A stretch of DNA of 63,949 nucleotides, counting the filler, from Octopus bimaculoides (lineage: Eukaryota), in the NCBI RefSeq assembly GCF_001194135.2. It is 5 parts of 4 records of this genome, joined end to end, with 100 filler letters (N's around TTAATTAATTAA, not from the genome) between each part and the next. Parts side by side here need not be neighbours in the genome. Positions count along the whole stretch, not along the records: positions 1 to 31,244 come from NC_068986.1; 4 more parts are not named here. One strand, given 5' to 3'. Under the pieces are notes generated by a model. The model did no database searches and had not been told where the DNA came from. It saw only the letters and a list, made by a program, of their open reading frames with translations. Positions 12,361-23,930 of this stretch are shown here, one piece after another. The first letter of the stretch is position 1; each line of letters opens with the position of its first letter. The translations under genes and the position numbers were made by a program.

Positions 12361-12604
12361 TATCACGTCAGGTCGACGATGGGAAGGATGATTTCCCTTT
12401 GCAAATACTGAGAGGGCACAGAAAGTGTGTCAATAGGCAGGTGGAGAAGGTGTTCTCCTAGTGCTACAAGCTACAGTAGCATTCACCCTTTGTGGTTAGC
12501 CGTATTTAAGTGGCAAATATACTTCACGTTGTAGTGCAGCTACTGTTTATACCTCGTTCAGAGATTTATTATTGCTTATATATATATATATATATATATA
12601 CATC

Positions 12605-12769
12605 TTTTGCTTGTTTCAATCAATAGATAGCAGCCATACTGGAGCATCACCATTACTTGTTTTCTTTTTCTTTTAAGCCTGGTGCTCAGTCTATTGGAAT
12701 CTTTTGCCGAACTGCTAAGTTACGGGGNNNNNNNNNNNNNNNNNNNNNNNNNNNNNNNNNNNNNNNNNN

Positions 12770-12809
<40 letters not shown>

Positions 12810-12910
12810 CAAGCCTCTTTCAGTTTCCGTCTCCCAAATCCACTCACAAGGCTTTGGTTGACCCGAGGTTATAGTAGAAGACAATTGCCCAAGAAGCCAT
12901 GCAGCAATTA
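12605..12910 (-). mobile_element. SINE type A spanning a small gap
   Basis: Type A 3' and 5' halves on either side of N42/(CA)n. Confidence 0.75.
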
Positions 12911-13962
12911 AGAAGCAAACGTCTTCCCATACAGCCACGCAGAATCTGTGATAGTCATTATTCTGAAATGTTCGTTCCTTTTCAGGAGCGAAAAGAATCT
13001 CCAGGTAGCGAGTAGCGAGTAACGTTAGCTTAGCTTTGAATAAGTGATGCTCCATTCTGCCTAACAATTTTGTGTACTTTTAAGGCTGAATTGCAATCTA
13101 TACCAGTGTATCAGTGTGGACCCATAGCTATTTCACCCGCTTTCTCCCTCTTTCTATCACTTTCTCCATTTCTCTTTTCTTTCTTTCTCACCATCCCACA
13201 TACGCACACATTCATACTGAACCATACGTCCCTCTGTTATTATTGACCGTAGCTATCGACTGCTAATATTTGTTTATTTACACTAGGCACAAGGTTTTAT
13301 ATCGTAGTGAAATAGACCTCTGATGTGGTCATTTTTTTCTGTGTGTTTCAGCAACATATGTAATGCAAACAGCTTCCAACCAGAAACCGAAGTCACTTAG
13401 AATACCGTTGTTTGGATGGAATTTGTATGCTTCTCTATGGCGTCTCCGATATGAATTATATTTTTTTTTTGTATTCATGTTATCATGCACAAGTATTTTC
13501 GACTCTTCATGTGATCGAGAATATACTTTGTGTACGAATAGAATATAAGCTGCCGGAGTTTATAAATACGATCCCTCGAAATAAAAAGTTGTATGTACGT
13601 GACATACTATGTAAGCCAGTAACTTTAGAAGGTCTTTTGGTCAAAGAGTAAAGAAAGTGCAAGAATGTTAAGCACACTAAAAGAATATGATCATGTTATG
13701 TTATAGAGTGTTTCGTAGAAGGTAGAAAGTAGACCTTTTATTCTTGGCCTCCCGACAAGTCTATTTATCAATTTAGTGGATCTGAAAACCGATTTCTAAT
13801 ATATGTCGATCGGTTAGGTCAACATACGTAACTAATTTATGTACACGTATCTTAATTTGATTGGTGAACTAGTCTAGGAGTTTGGCACAAAGTCTATTGA
13901 AGACTAATCTCACTAGAATGTAAATTAACACAGTATAGTGTGCGTGTGCGCGCGCGTGTGTA

Positions 13963-14058
<96 letters not shown>

Positions 14059-14897
14059 ACGCAAGTGGGTATATACATAAGTATTTTTATGCATGTAATT
14101 CTACATACCTTTTTTAAAATTATTTGACTTATGCATGTACATATAGTATTGAACACGCACAAACATACATACAGAAATATATATACGATATACTCGCTTT
14201 CTTTTCATAAAGATAGGCTGTGAATTCCGGGACATACGGGTGTTACATTTAACAGGTCGATGTTCCATGTAATGGTTTATTCATGGATTTTCTAGGAAAA
14301 TTGTCTGACACTTGATATATAAGTATATATATGTATATATACTTATATATATAATATACACATATACGTATGTATATATTTGTATGATTATATATATGTA
14401 TGTGTGTGTGTNNNNNNNNNNNNNNNNNNNNNNNNNNNNNNNNNNNNNNNNNNNNNNNNNNNNNNNNNNNNNNNNNNNNNNNNNNNNNNNNNNNNNNNNN
14501 NNNNNNNNNNNNNNNNNNNNNNNNNNNNNNNNNNTTTATTTATTGATTTATTGCAAAAATGGATTTCATTTTCATAATAAGCATACAAAATTAAATCGGT
14601 ATAACGAAATGTCAAAGCAAGTGGAACAAAACTGAAACGCAACCGAAAAGATCTGAACATCTTTTATCATAGGGTTGGCCTGCGACTTAACGAAGATAAC
14701 AGCAACTAATATATAGTCTTGCCGATTTGATACATCTAAAACTATTTTACCAACGTATACATACATACATACATACATACATACATACATACATACATAC
14801 ATGCATATATACATGCGTACATATATATAAACATATACACATACACATAATGTATATATGTATATATACTTATATATATAATATACACATATACGTA

Positions 14898-15121
14898 TGT
14901 TGGAAAGAAGAAAATTAAAATATAAGAAATTTCACTTTCTCACAGTAGTCGAAATCTCAAAAGAGATGTTGTGATGAGAGTTACGAAGCCCCCTTGCGAG
15001 GGATAGAGTGGTCCGAGTAAAGTATAAATAGTAACGAGCCGAGTGAGTTCAAGGTTCAAAGTTCGGAGTCGAGTGAAGTTCGTAATAGTTCGCAGTGGCC
15101 GGAGGTTGAGAGCCCATGGTC
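14898..15121 (+). mobile_element. LTR-like unit, copy 1 (224 bp)
   Basis: Starts TGTTGG; identical by eye to 15938-16161; contains TATAAATA. Confidence 0.85.
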
Positions 15122-15189
15122 TATATATATATATATTTGTATGATTATATATATGTATGTGTGTGTGTATATATGCATACACACACATA

Positions 15190-15937
15190 TATATAAACAA
15201 TAGTTTGCAATGTTTCACTAAAAAGGAGAATTATAATTGTCACTAAATGTGTTTCAGATAAGAGATCACAACTGAATATGAATTAAGAAATTTCTGAAAA
15301 ATACATGCCATAAAGCACATCTATACTCCTCCCTACCACCCGAGGTCAATCGGGCAGGCGGAAAGATTTGTCGACACGTTCAAAAGAGTTCTAAGAAAAG
15401 CTAGGCACTAACGAAATTTTTGAGAGTATAGAGAATAACGCCAAATACTAATTCAGGAAAGTCATTAGCAGCGTTAATGTTTGCGCGCGAAATAAAATCG
15501 ATCTTCGATAAATTATTGTCAGGAAAAAATACAGTTGAAGAAAGAACAAAATATATAGTTGATGGAAGTACAAGAAATATTACAAAACATTTAGGAATAA
15601 AGAAGATTGGGAGAATGGCTGTGTAATCAAAAGATTAGGTAATATGATGTATTTAATTAAAAGACAACGTACGGAACATGAGAGACACCTTAACCAGTTA
15701 AAGATGAGACATACAAAAGAAGGAAGAGTAATATCAAGGGAAGTCTTCTGTGATATGTTTGAAGTGCCAGCACCGAGAGATATTGAACCCCGTAGAACTA
15801 GCTTCAGAAAACGAAACTAGACTGAATATCTGGAAGTAATACCTAAACGAAAAATATATTTAAAAAAAACAAGAATTGTTAGTACAATGGAAAGAAAAGT
15901 CGGGCATCAATTAAGATACAACAGCTAAAAAAGGAGA
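15190..15937 (+). pseudogene. Gypsy/Ty3 integrase C-terminal relic plus polypurine tract
   Basis: VSDKRSQ (VSDNGSQ-like), HIYTPPYHPRSIGQAERFVDTFKR, WENGCVIKRLGNMMY..RHLNQLK; stops and frameshifts; PPT AAAAAAGGAGA at 15927-15937 directly before TG. Confidence 0.9.
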
Positions 15938-16161
15938 TGTTGGAAAGAAGAAAATTAAAATATAAGAAATTTCACTTTCTCACAGTAGTCGAAATCTCAA
16001 AAGAGATGTTGTGATGAGAGTTACGAAGCCCCCTTGCGAGGGATAGAGTGGTCCGAGTAAAGTATAAATAGTAACGAGCCGAGTGAGTTCAAGGTTCAAA
16101 GTTCGGAGTCGAGTGAAGTTCGTAATAGTTCGCAGTGGCCGGAGGTTGAGAGCCCATGGTC
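15938..16161 (+). mobile_element. 3' LTR of Gypsy relic (224 bp)
   Basis: Follows the PPT, starts TG, and runs into (TA)n. Confidence 0.9.
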
Positions 16162-17689
16162 TATATATATATATATATATATATAAAAATAGGATCAGAT
16201 GTCGATTTGTGGCATAAGCTTATGAAGCCAGTTTCCTGGATTTTGAGGCATATATATCCCCATTCACTGGACATGACACCAGTCCATCGCGCGCGCGCAC
16301 ACATACGCACGCACACACACAAAACAAACACGCACGCACATATATTTACATGTGTTTTTTTTTAGGTGGGGAGATGGCAACTTATTGTATAATTAGACTC
16401 ATATTTTGTTCATGCAAATATGTGAATGAAGACTAGTGATCATCAATAAATGGAACAGAAGCTGAAAAGGAAATGATAATCAAAGATAGAAAGTATGTGC
16501 CGTGTGATGTCAACCGGATGTGTGAACCACTTTTATAGAAGAATATTTTGGTTCATGTATAGCTTCCTCTCCCTAAGTGAGCAAATGGAAAGAACCCTTT
16601 TATACAATTTCTGCCTGAAAGGAAACACCACCGATGTAGCAAACAGTAAACATAAAATGATCCCCCATTTTCAGGGTAATGAAAACAGTAAGCATTTATC
16701 CACTCTCCAGATCATTCACATAGTTTCAAAATAAGCAGTACTTTCCAATCAGATATACAACAAGCAAGAGAGAATAGAAAACAGCCATGCACGTAACATC
16801 ACTGTTAAGGAACGCAATTTATATTCAACGAAAAAAAAAAAAATTCCAATAGTTTGCACTCCAAAAGACCAGAGTTAATGTCCATCTGATGACACCAGCA
16901 GAAGTTTCAACTGATCAATTTCTGATATTCTAAATGAATCACAACTAGACTGTTTGATTTCATACTTTTACGACATGCCATTTAACCATCCTTTTTTCAT
17001 TTTCGCCTCTATTTTTCAGCTAATAATGACTGATAAAAGAGCAGCAAGTTCCCGCTAGCAATAATGTCGAGAAAGGTACAATAAGACAGAACAAGCAATA
17101 ACATATCAATCAAGATATTTTCAAAAACAAATGTACTCGACTAAAAATGACACTAGAAGCCCTGAAATATATAGGGGAAAAAGCAAACCCACAAACAATA
17201 GAAAACCTGAGGTGAGACATCCAACAGTGTCTAGCCGAACCAGTGTTTGAAATTCAAACTAAAGGATTGGTAACTACTCAGGATGATGAGTATTTGGTAA
17301 AACGTATGAATGTCTGCAAATGGATGCACAGTACTAAATAAAAGTTAGTATATTTATGGACAGAATAGGGAAGAACACAAGCCGTTTAGGAAGCCTCTAC
17401 AGTAACATACTAGCACGGGAAATTTCTCAAGTATTTGCAAATCAAAACCACTCACACGCCACGTAATAATGTGTTACAAATCAGTGGAAGTTGTAAGTGT
17501 AGATGATATGACAAAATACACACACACACACAGAGAGAGTACATTTCAAAAGATACGATGAAAGGTGTGACAGATTACCAAAAACATGTTACCTTATACC
17601 TACGTAATTCTTGTCTGCTAATCTCGTCAAACAGGTGTACATTATACAAAGTATTTATACCGACCACATTTTGTAAACACACCCGCTTT

Positions 17690-17870
17690 ACAACTGGTGC
17701 GGGTGTGTTTACGTTCTCATGATTTAGCGGTTCGGCAAAAATATCCGATAGAATAAGTATCAAGACATTAGTACTGGATTCGATTCGTTTGACTAAGCAA
17801 TTTTTCAAAGCGGTGTCCCAACATGGCCGCAGTCTATTGACTGAAACAAGTAAGATATTTAAATACACGT
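17690..17870 (+). mobile_element. SINE type A, 3' part
   Basis: ...gcggttcggcaaaa...ccaacatggccgcagtc...gactgaaacaagtaag. Confidence 0.7.
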
Positions 17871-18214
17871 ATATATTTATATGTTTATATTTATATGTTT
17901 ATATTTATATGTATACATATGTGGATATAAGTGTGTGTGCGTGCGTACATGCACGTTCGTATGTATGGAAAGAGAGACAAAGAAAAAAAGAAAGACAGAA
18001 AAAAAGAAAGAAGAAAAGAAAGGAAGGAAGAAAGAAAGAAAAAAGAAAGAAAGGAAGAGAGAGAAGGGGCTCTGTAGCCAGATATAGTAAGAATAATGTC
18101 GAAGAAATTAATTTTGCAAATCATAGGCCATATCGGAAACCTTCGCAAAGATTATTGGTCCTGAGAAAAAACAGAAAGAACAGGAAAAGTAACGAAAAAC
18201 AGTCAATTATATCG

Positions 18215-18345
18215 GCTCCAGTGCTTCACTAACTGAACCTAGAAGAATGAAAACCAAAGTTAACCTGGGCGAAATTTGCATTCAGAATGTAAGGTATTTT
18301 GCACTGTAAATTATTTTGTCCGACGCTCTAAAGATTCTGCCGATC
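18215..18345 (-). mobile_element. SINE type C fragment
   Basis: gaatgaaaaccaaagttaacctgggcgaaatttg...cagaatgtaag matches the type C reverse complement. Confidence 0.55.
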
Positions 18346-18689
18346 CAGCACCGGTGATGAATAAATACATAAACAGCAATTTCTTACATATGTACACGGA
18401 GGACATAGTCCATAAAGATCACGATCCTTAGAAGATGAAAGCAAGTTCGGGAATTGAACACAGTGCAGAAATATGTATTATATCCCAAGCATTTTGTCCG
18501 CTACTCCACTGATTCTGCGAATTGGACAGTTTAACACCTTTATAATTGTTCGTATTTCAGTCATTGAAAAGCAGCCACCCCTCTACACCACTTTGAAGGA
18601 TTTAGTCAGAGAAATCAACACCCAACTTCTTAAGTCTGGTATTTATTGTGTAGGCCTCTTGCCGACCCGCTAATTTTATGAGAATCTAA

Positions 18690-18900
18690 ACAAACCAGCA
18701 CCGGTTGTCAGACAGCGGTAGGTGACAATGACAAATACACACATACACGCATGTGCATATGTATGTTCGGCGGACTTCCACATAGTTTCCGTACTCCAAA
18801 TTCACTCACAAGGCTTTAGTCGACACAGGGCTATATTAGGAGACACTTGCCCAAGGTGTCACGCAGTGGGACTCGAAACTACGTGGTTGCAAAGTGGACT
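18690..18900 (-). mobile_element. SINE type A, 5' part
   Basis: gacacttgcccaaggtgtcacgcagtgggactcgaaac. Confidence 0.75.
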
Positions 18901-18904
18901 GTTG

Positions 18905-19212
18905 CTCATTTTGGCACAAAGCCAGCAATTTTGAGGGTAGGGAACATTCTCGCTTATAAAACCGAAGACCTTTTGCGTTTTACTTTTATTTATATTTTAA
19001 GTGATTTCAAAATTCTTCACAAGGTCAGCAAGTTCGGGTGCTGGGGTAAGTCAATTACATCTGGTACATTACATACTGGTACTTATTTTAACCACCTCGA
19101 AAGTATGAAGAGCAAAGTCGACCTCGGTGGAATTTGAACTCAGAATGTAGAGACGGACAAAATGGTGCTATCCATTCCACGTGCTTACGACTCTGCCAGC
19201 TCACCGCCTTTT
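18905..19212 (-). mobile_element. SINE type C
   Basis: gagcaaagtcgacctcggtggaatttgaactcagaatg...tctgccagctcaccgcctt. Confidence 0.75.
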
Positions 19213-19709
19213 CTATTTTATTTAATTAACATATTTATTTCTAATGGAGAGGGGAAATTGTAAAAATGACATCTATTCGCCTATAAGTAGAACTTATTTT
19301 ATTGATCCCCGTGGAATGAAGGACAAAACTGACCTCCAGGTGTCGTAATTTTGTAATGTAATTCATAACAAAATATGCCCAGATACATTGTTTTCGTTAA
19401 CTGCTGTTACAGTAAAGCCAAGCTGTTAGAACTCAAATAATCTCCGCATTCTGACTAATCACACATCAGGAAATGACACTTGCAACATTAAATACTCTCC
19501 AGTATTAAACAAATGAACCTTTTGTTAAAAAAGCGAACAGCTTACAAAAAGAATTAATGTTAACATTAAAACATTGTACGGAGCTCTTTATTATAATTGA
19601 TGTCAGTTTAAAATATATAGTTTTGAATTATTCCTTTTAAACACTTATGCTTAGAATATTGAAATGATATGTACATAATAAAACTTTTATGTATTTGTAT
19701 GTGTGTGTG

Positions 19710-19745
<36 letters not shown>

Positions 19746-19755
19746 NNNNNNNNNN

Positions 19756-19795
<40 letters not shown>

Positions 19796-19920
19796 ATACA
19801 CACATGTATGTATGTATGTATGTATGTATGTACGTACGTAGACACGTATATGCATATATACATATTCGTATATACATACATGTGAGTATACACATACACA
19901 TACACATACATATGTATATA

Positions 19921-20300
19921 TGGTGTGGCTGTGTGGTAAGACATTTGCACCGCAACCACATGGTCCTAGGTTCACTCCCACTGCGTGGCATCTTAGTCAA
20001 CTGTCTTCCTCTATAGTCCCCGACCGACAAAAACATTGTGAATTAATTAGAAAGACGGAGGGTGTAAAAGCCCGCCGTGTAGATGTGTGTATGTCTGTCT
20101 GTCTGTCGTTGTGTTTATCCACCACAATAGTTTAACAATTGCTGTTGGTTTCTTTACGTCCTTGTAACTAAGTAGTTCGGCAAGATACAGGGTTCGATAG
20201 AAGAAGTAGTAGGATAAAAAAAAAAGCCCTTCAGAGCGATGCCCTAGCATTGCCGCAGTTCAATGACTGAAACAGGTAAGAGATAAAGCGATAAAAAAGA
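19921..20300 (+). mobile_element. SINE type A, full length, diverged
   Basis: gtggctgtgtggtaag head through to the gactgaaacaggtaagag tail. Confidence 0.8.
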
Positions 20301-20834
20301 TCTATCTATCTGTATGTATATATATGTATATNNNNNNNNNNNNNNNNNNNNNNNNNNNNNNNNNNNNNNNNNNNNNNNNNNNNNNNNNNNNNNNNNNNNN
20401 NNNNNNNNNNNNNNNNNNNNNNNNNNNNNNNNNNNNNNNNNNNNNNNNNNNNNNNNNNNNNNNNNNNNNNNNNNNNNNNNNNNNNNNNNNNNNNNNNNNN
20501 NNNNNNNNNNNNNNNNNNNNNNNNNNNNNNNNNNNNNNNNNNNNNNNNNNNNNNNNNNNNNNNNNNNNNNNNNNNNNNNNNNNNNNNNNNNNNNNNNNNN
20601 NNNNNNNNNNNNNNNNNNNNNNNNNNNNNNNNNNNNNNNNNNNNNNNNNNNNNNNNNNNNNNNNNNNNNNNNNNNNNNNNNNNNNNNNNNNNNNNNNNNN
20701 NNNNNNNNNNNNNNNNNNNNNNNNNNNNNNNNNNNNNNNNNNNNNNNNNNNNNNNNNNNNNNNNNNNNNNNNNNNNNNNNNNNNNNNNNNNNNNNNNNNN
20801 NNNNNNNNNNNNNNNNNNNNNNNNNNNNNNNNNN

Positions 20835-21731
20835 CATAGAAATGTTTTGAAATACTAAAGAGTGAATTTATTCAATAAAATCGCCAATGGCTTCAACCAC
20901 GCCTTCCAGATGACTTTGGGATTTCCTGCAACTCTTCTAAACGGTTTCCTCGTTTAAGTTGGTAAATTTTGCTATAACCCTTGCCTTCAGGTCATCTTTG
21001 ATGTTACAAGGAATTTTGTTGGTCTCTCGCTCAACTGCGCCCCACACATAATAATATAGGGGGTTGCAGTCTGGGGAGTGAGGTGGCCAGATGTTAGGGG
21101 CATTGTGATCGAGGGCATTGTCTGACAGCCATAACTGGGTTCTCCTGCTCATGTGGAATTGTGCAAAGTCCTGTTGCCAGACATAGGGTTTTCAAGCAGC
21201 TACTTTCTTGACCTAGGGCAGCACTAACTTCTCTAGGCACTTGATGTAGGCCTTCATGCTGAGTCTGAAGTTGTGTGGGAAGGAGAATGGAGGCATAATG
21301 TCGCCATCGCTAATGATCACTCCAAACACCATGTTGTTGACTGTCGGTACATGTTATGGAAACACGGCAGAAATTTTTCTCGCCTGAGAAAAACCAAAGC
21401 ATGTTCGGTTGGAGGGGATGCTTGTTCAAAAGCTTTGTAACGCGCTCTTTCCTCTTGTCTTTGATAGCTTGTGGTAAAAATTGGTCCTGTCTCATCTTCA
21501 TGCACTACCTGCCTGATAAGAAACTCAGACACTCCCATGTCCCTGACAATGGACCTGATTGACTTGGAGGGATTGTTGTCAATCATGGCCAGGATCTCAC
21601 CAACAAATTCAGGAGTTCTTTTCTTATCAGAACGATTAGAGTGAGTTTTTTGAGCTGCCGTACCATCAAAATCACCATTAGACTCATACAACTCTTACCG
21701 AATCCGCTGCACTGTCCTTAAATTGACACCC
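20835..21731 (-). pseudogene. DD37D (maT-like) Tc1/mariner transposase pseudogene, internally deleted
   Basis: PSKSIRSIVRDMGVS, FFSGEKNF and QQD-37 residues-Y (WPPHSPDCNPLYYYVW, third D mutated); runs into gaps at both ends. Confidence 0.85.
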
Positions 21732-22304
21732 NNNNNNNNNNNNNNNNNNNNNNNNNNNNNNNNNNNNNNNNNNNNNNNNNNNNNNNNNNNNNNNNNNNNN
21801 NNNNNNNNNNNNNNNNNNNNNNNNNNNNNNNNNNNNNNNNNNNNNNNNNNNNNNNNNNNNNNNNNNNNNNNNNNNNNNNNNNNNNNNNNNNNNNNNNNNN
21901 NNNNNNNNNNNNNNNNNNNNNNNNNNNNNNNNNNNNNNNNNNNNNNNNNNNNNNNNNNNNNNNNNNNNNNNNNNNNNNNNNNNNNNNNNNNNNNNNNNNN
22001 NNNNNNNNNNNNNNNNNNNNNNNNNNNNNNNNNNNNNNNNNNNNNNNNNNNNNNNNNNNNNNNNNNNNNNNNNNNNNNNNNNNNNNNNNNNNNNNNNNNN
22101 NNNNNNNNNNNNNNNNNNNNNNNNNNNNNNNNNNNNNNNNNNNNNNNNNNNNNNNNNNNNNNNNNNNNNNNNNNNNNNNNNNNNNNNNNNNNNNNNNNNN
22201 NNNNNNNNNNNNNNNNNNNNNNNNNNNNNNNNNNNNNNNNNNNNNNNNNNNNNNNNNNNNNNNNNNNNNNNNNNNNNNNNNNNNNNNNNNNNNNNNNNNN
22301 NNNN

Positions 22305-22668
22305 AACAAAAGACGAATACAGGTGGTGTAGACAACAACCAGATGAATTAGTATGACAACCGGGAAGTGAAAAAGTCTTTAAAGTTTCGAGCCTGCGGTT
22401 TTCAAACGAAAGGAACACAGAAAGAAACAAGGAGAGAAAAAAAAAAGAATGTGTAGTGGCTAGCGATCTATATATATATATATATAGGGAACATTCACAA
22501 AAAAAGCAACAGACGAAGACAGGTCGTATTGAAAACAAATAAATGTATTAGTATAACGCTCAGGTATCGAGAAAGTCTTTAACGTTTCGAGCCTACGCTC
22601 TTCTACAGAAAGGAACACGGAAAGAAACAAAGAGAGAAAAAAATGTGTGTAGTGGTCAGCGATCTATC
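22305..22668 (-). mobile_element. Tandem pair of Penelope pLTR-like units
   Basis: 22305-22470 and 22507-22668 are diverged direct repeats separated by (TA)n; each carries a GAAAC-containing hammerhead-like motif. Confidence 0.75.
22577..22612 (-). ncRNA. Minimal hammerhead-like motif with one core deviation
   Basis: Minus strand: cttt CTGTAGA a GAGC gtag GCTC GAAAC GTT aaag; 4-bp stems I and II perfect; A6 replaced by U. Confidence 0.55.
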
Positions 22669-23714
22669 ATGGCGAATAACAGACAGAAGAGTCACACAGG
22701 AGAGTCAAGAAGAAGGGGAGATAAGCATAGTAGTAGTGATCCCAAAACGAAGATGCGTGTGTGTGAGAGAATGCTGATGATTTTAACGTATGCGTGTGTA
22801 TATGTAGGTGTGAAGGTGTGAAAATGTGGGGATGGTAATTGGTCAGTGTGTGCGTGGTGGTGTGTTGAGATGTGATGTGTTGTGTGGTATGGTGTAGCGT
22901 GGTGTGGTGTGATGGTGTTGGGAGGTGGGGAGGCGAGACTGGGGAAAACACGGGTGGGGTGTGGGTTAGACTGGGGTGGGGTAGAGGTGGGGTATGTGGG
23001 TAGGCAGAGGTTGGGGTATGTGGGNNNNNNNNNNNNNNNNNNNNNNNNNNNNNNNNNNNNNNNNNNNNNNNNNNNNNNNNNNNNNNNNNNNNNNNNNNNN
23101 NNNNNNNNNNNNNNNNNNNNNNNNNNNNNNNNNNNNNNNNNNNNNNNNNNNNNNNNNNNNNNNNNNNNNNNNNNNNNNNNNNNNNNNNNNNNNNNNNNNN
23201 NNNNNNNNNNNNNNNNNNNNNNNNNNNNNNNNNNNNNNNNNNNNNNNNNNNNNNNNNNNNNNNNNNNNNNNNNNNNNNNNNNNNNNNNNNNNNNNNNNNN
23301 NNNNNNNNNNNNNNNNNNNNNNNNNNNNNNNNNNNNNNNNNNNNNNNNNNNNNNNNNNNNNNNNNNNNNNNNNNNNNNNNGGGTGGGGAATGTGGGAGAG
23401 GGTGTAAGGGATCGGGTGTAATATATATATATATTTTTTGGTAGTGTTTATCGCCACATTAATATGACTGCACGATGTTACTACCGTTTTTAACCTCAGT
23501 AAGAGCCTCCTTCAGGTGGTTATCAATGCAATTGGCACTCGGTATTTGTTGCAAACCCTACCATCTTCTAGCAGACGACGGGATCACCAGAACGAACGTT
23601 TAGAAGCCATTTGTGTCCATCAACAGTGGTGAATACCCGGTGCTAGAGATAGCAGGAATTGAGAGGTATGGTGACAATAAGGCAAACTATATATATATAT
23701 AGTTTAAAAGCATT

Positions 23715-23930
23715 TTTTCTACTGTTGGCACAAAGCCTGTCATTTTGGGGGAAGGTGTTTAATTCATTACAACAGCCCCAGTACTCATCGGCTACATATT
23801 TTATCGATCGCCAAAGAATGAAAGCAAGGTCGATCTCGGCGGAATTTGAACCCAGAATGTAAAGTCGGAAGAAATGCTGACTAAAATTTTGTCCGGAATG
23901 CAAACGGTTCTACCAACTAGCCGCCTTACA
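23715..23930 (-). mobile_element. SINE type C
   Basis: gaatgaaagcaaggtcgatctcggcggaatttgaacccagaatg...ctagccgcctt. Confidence 0.8.

Larger units (their letters stand above)
11840..12577. mobile_element. Penelope-like partial-tandem plus inverted pLTR structure
   Basis: Blocks A(11840-11880) B(11881-12126) C(12142-12192) A(12193-12233), then rcB rcA rcC (12234-12577); (TA)n on both flanks; a hammerhead-like motif in each B copy. Confidence 0.8.

Noticed and set aside
12986-13004. 19-nt micro-exon (TTTTCAG...CAG/GTAGCG)
   Set aside because: Weak donor and no independent support.
16400-17480. Old LINE ORF relic
   Set aside because: A-rich and coding-like, but I could not recover any diagnostic motif.
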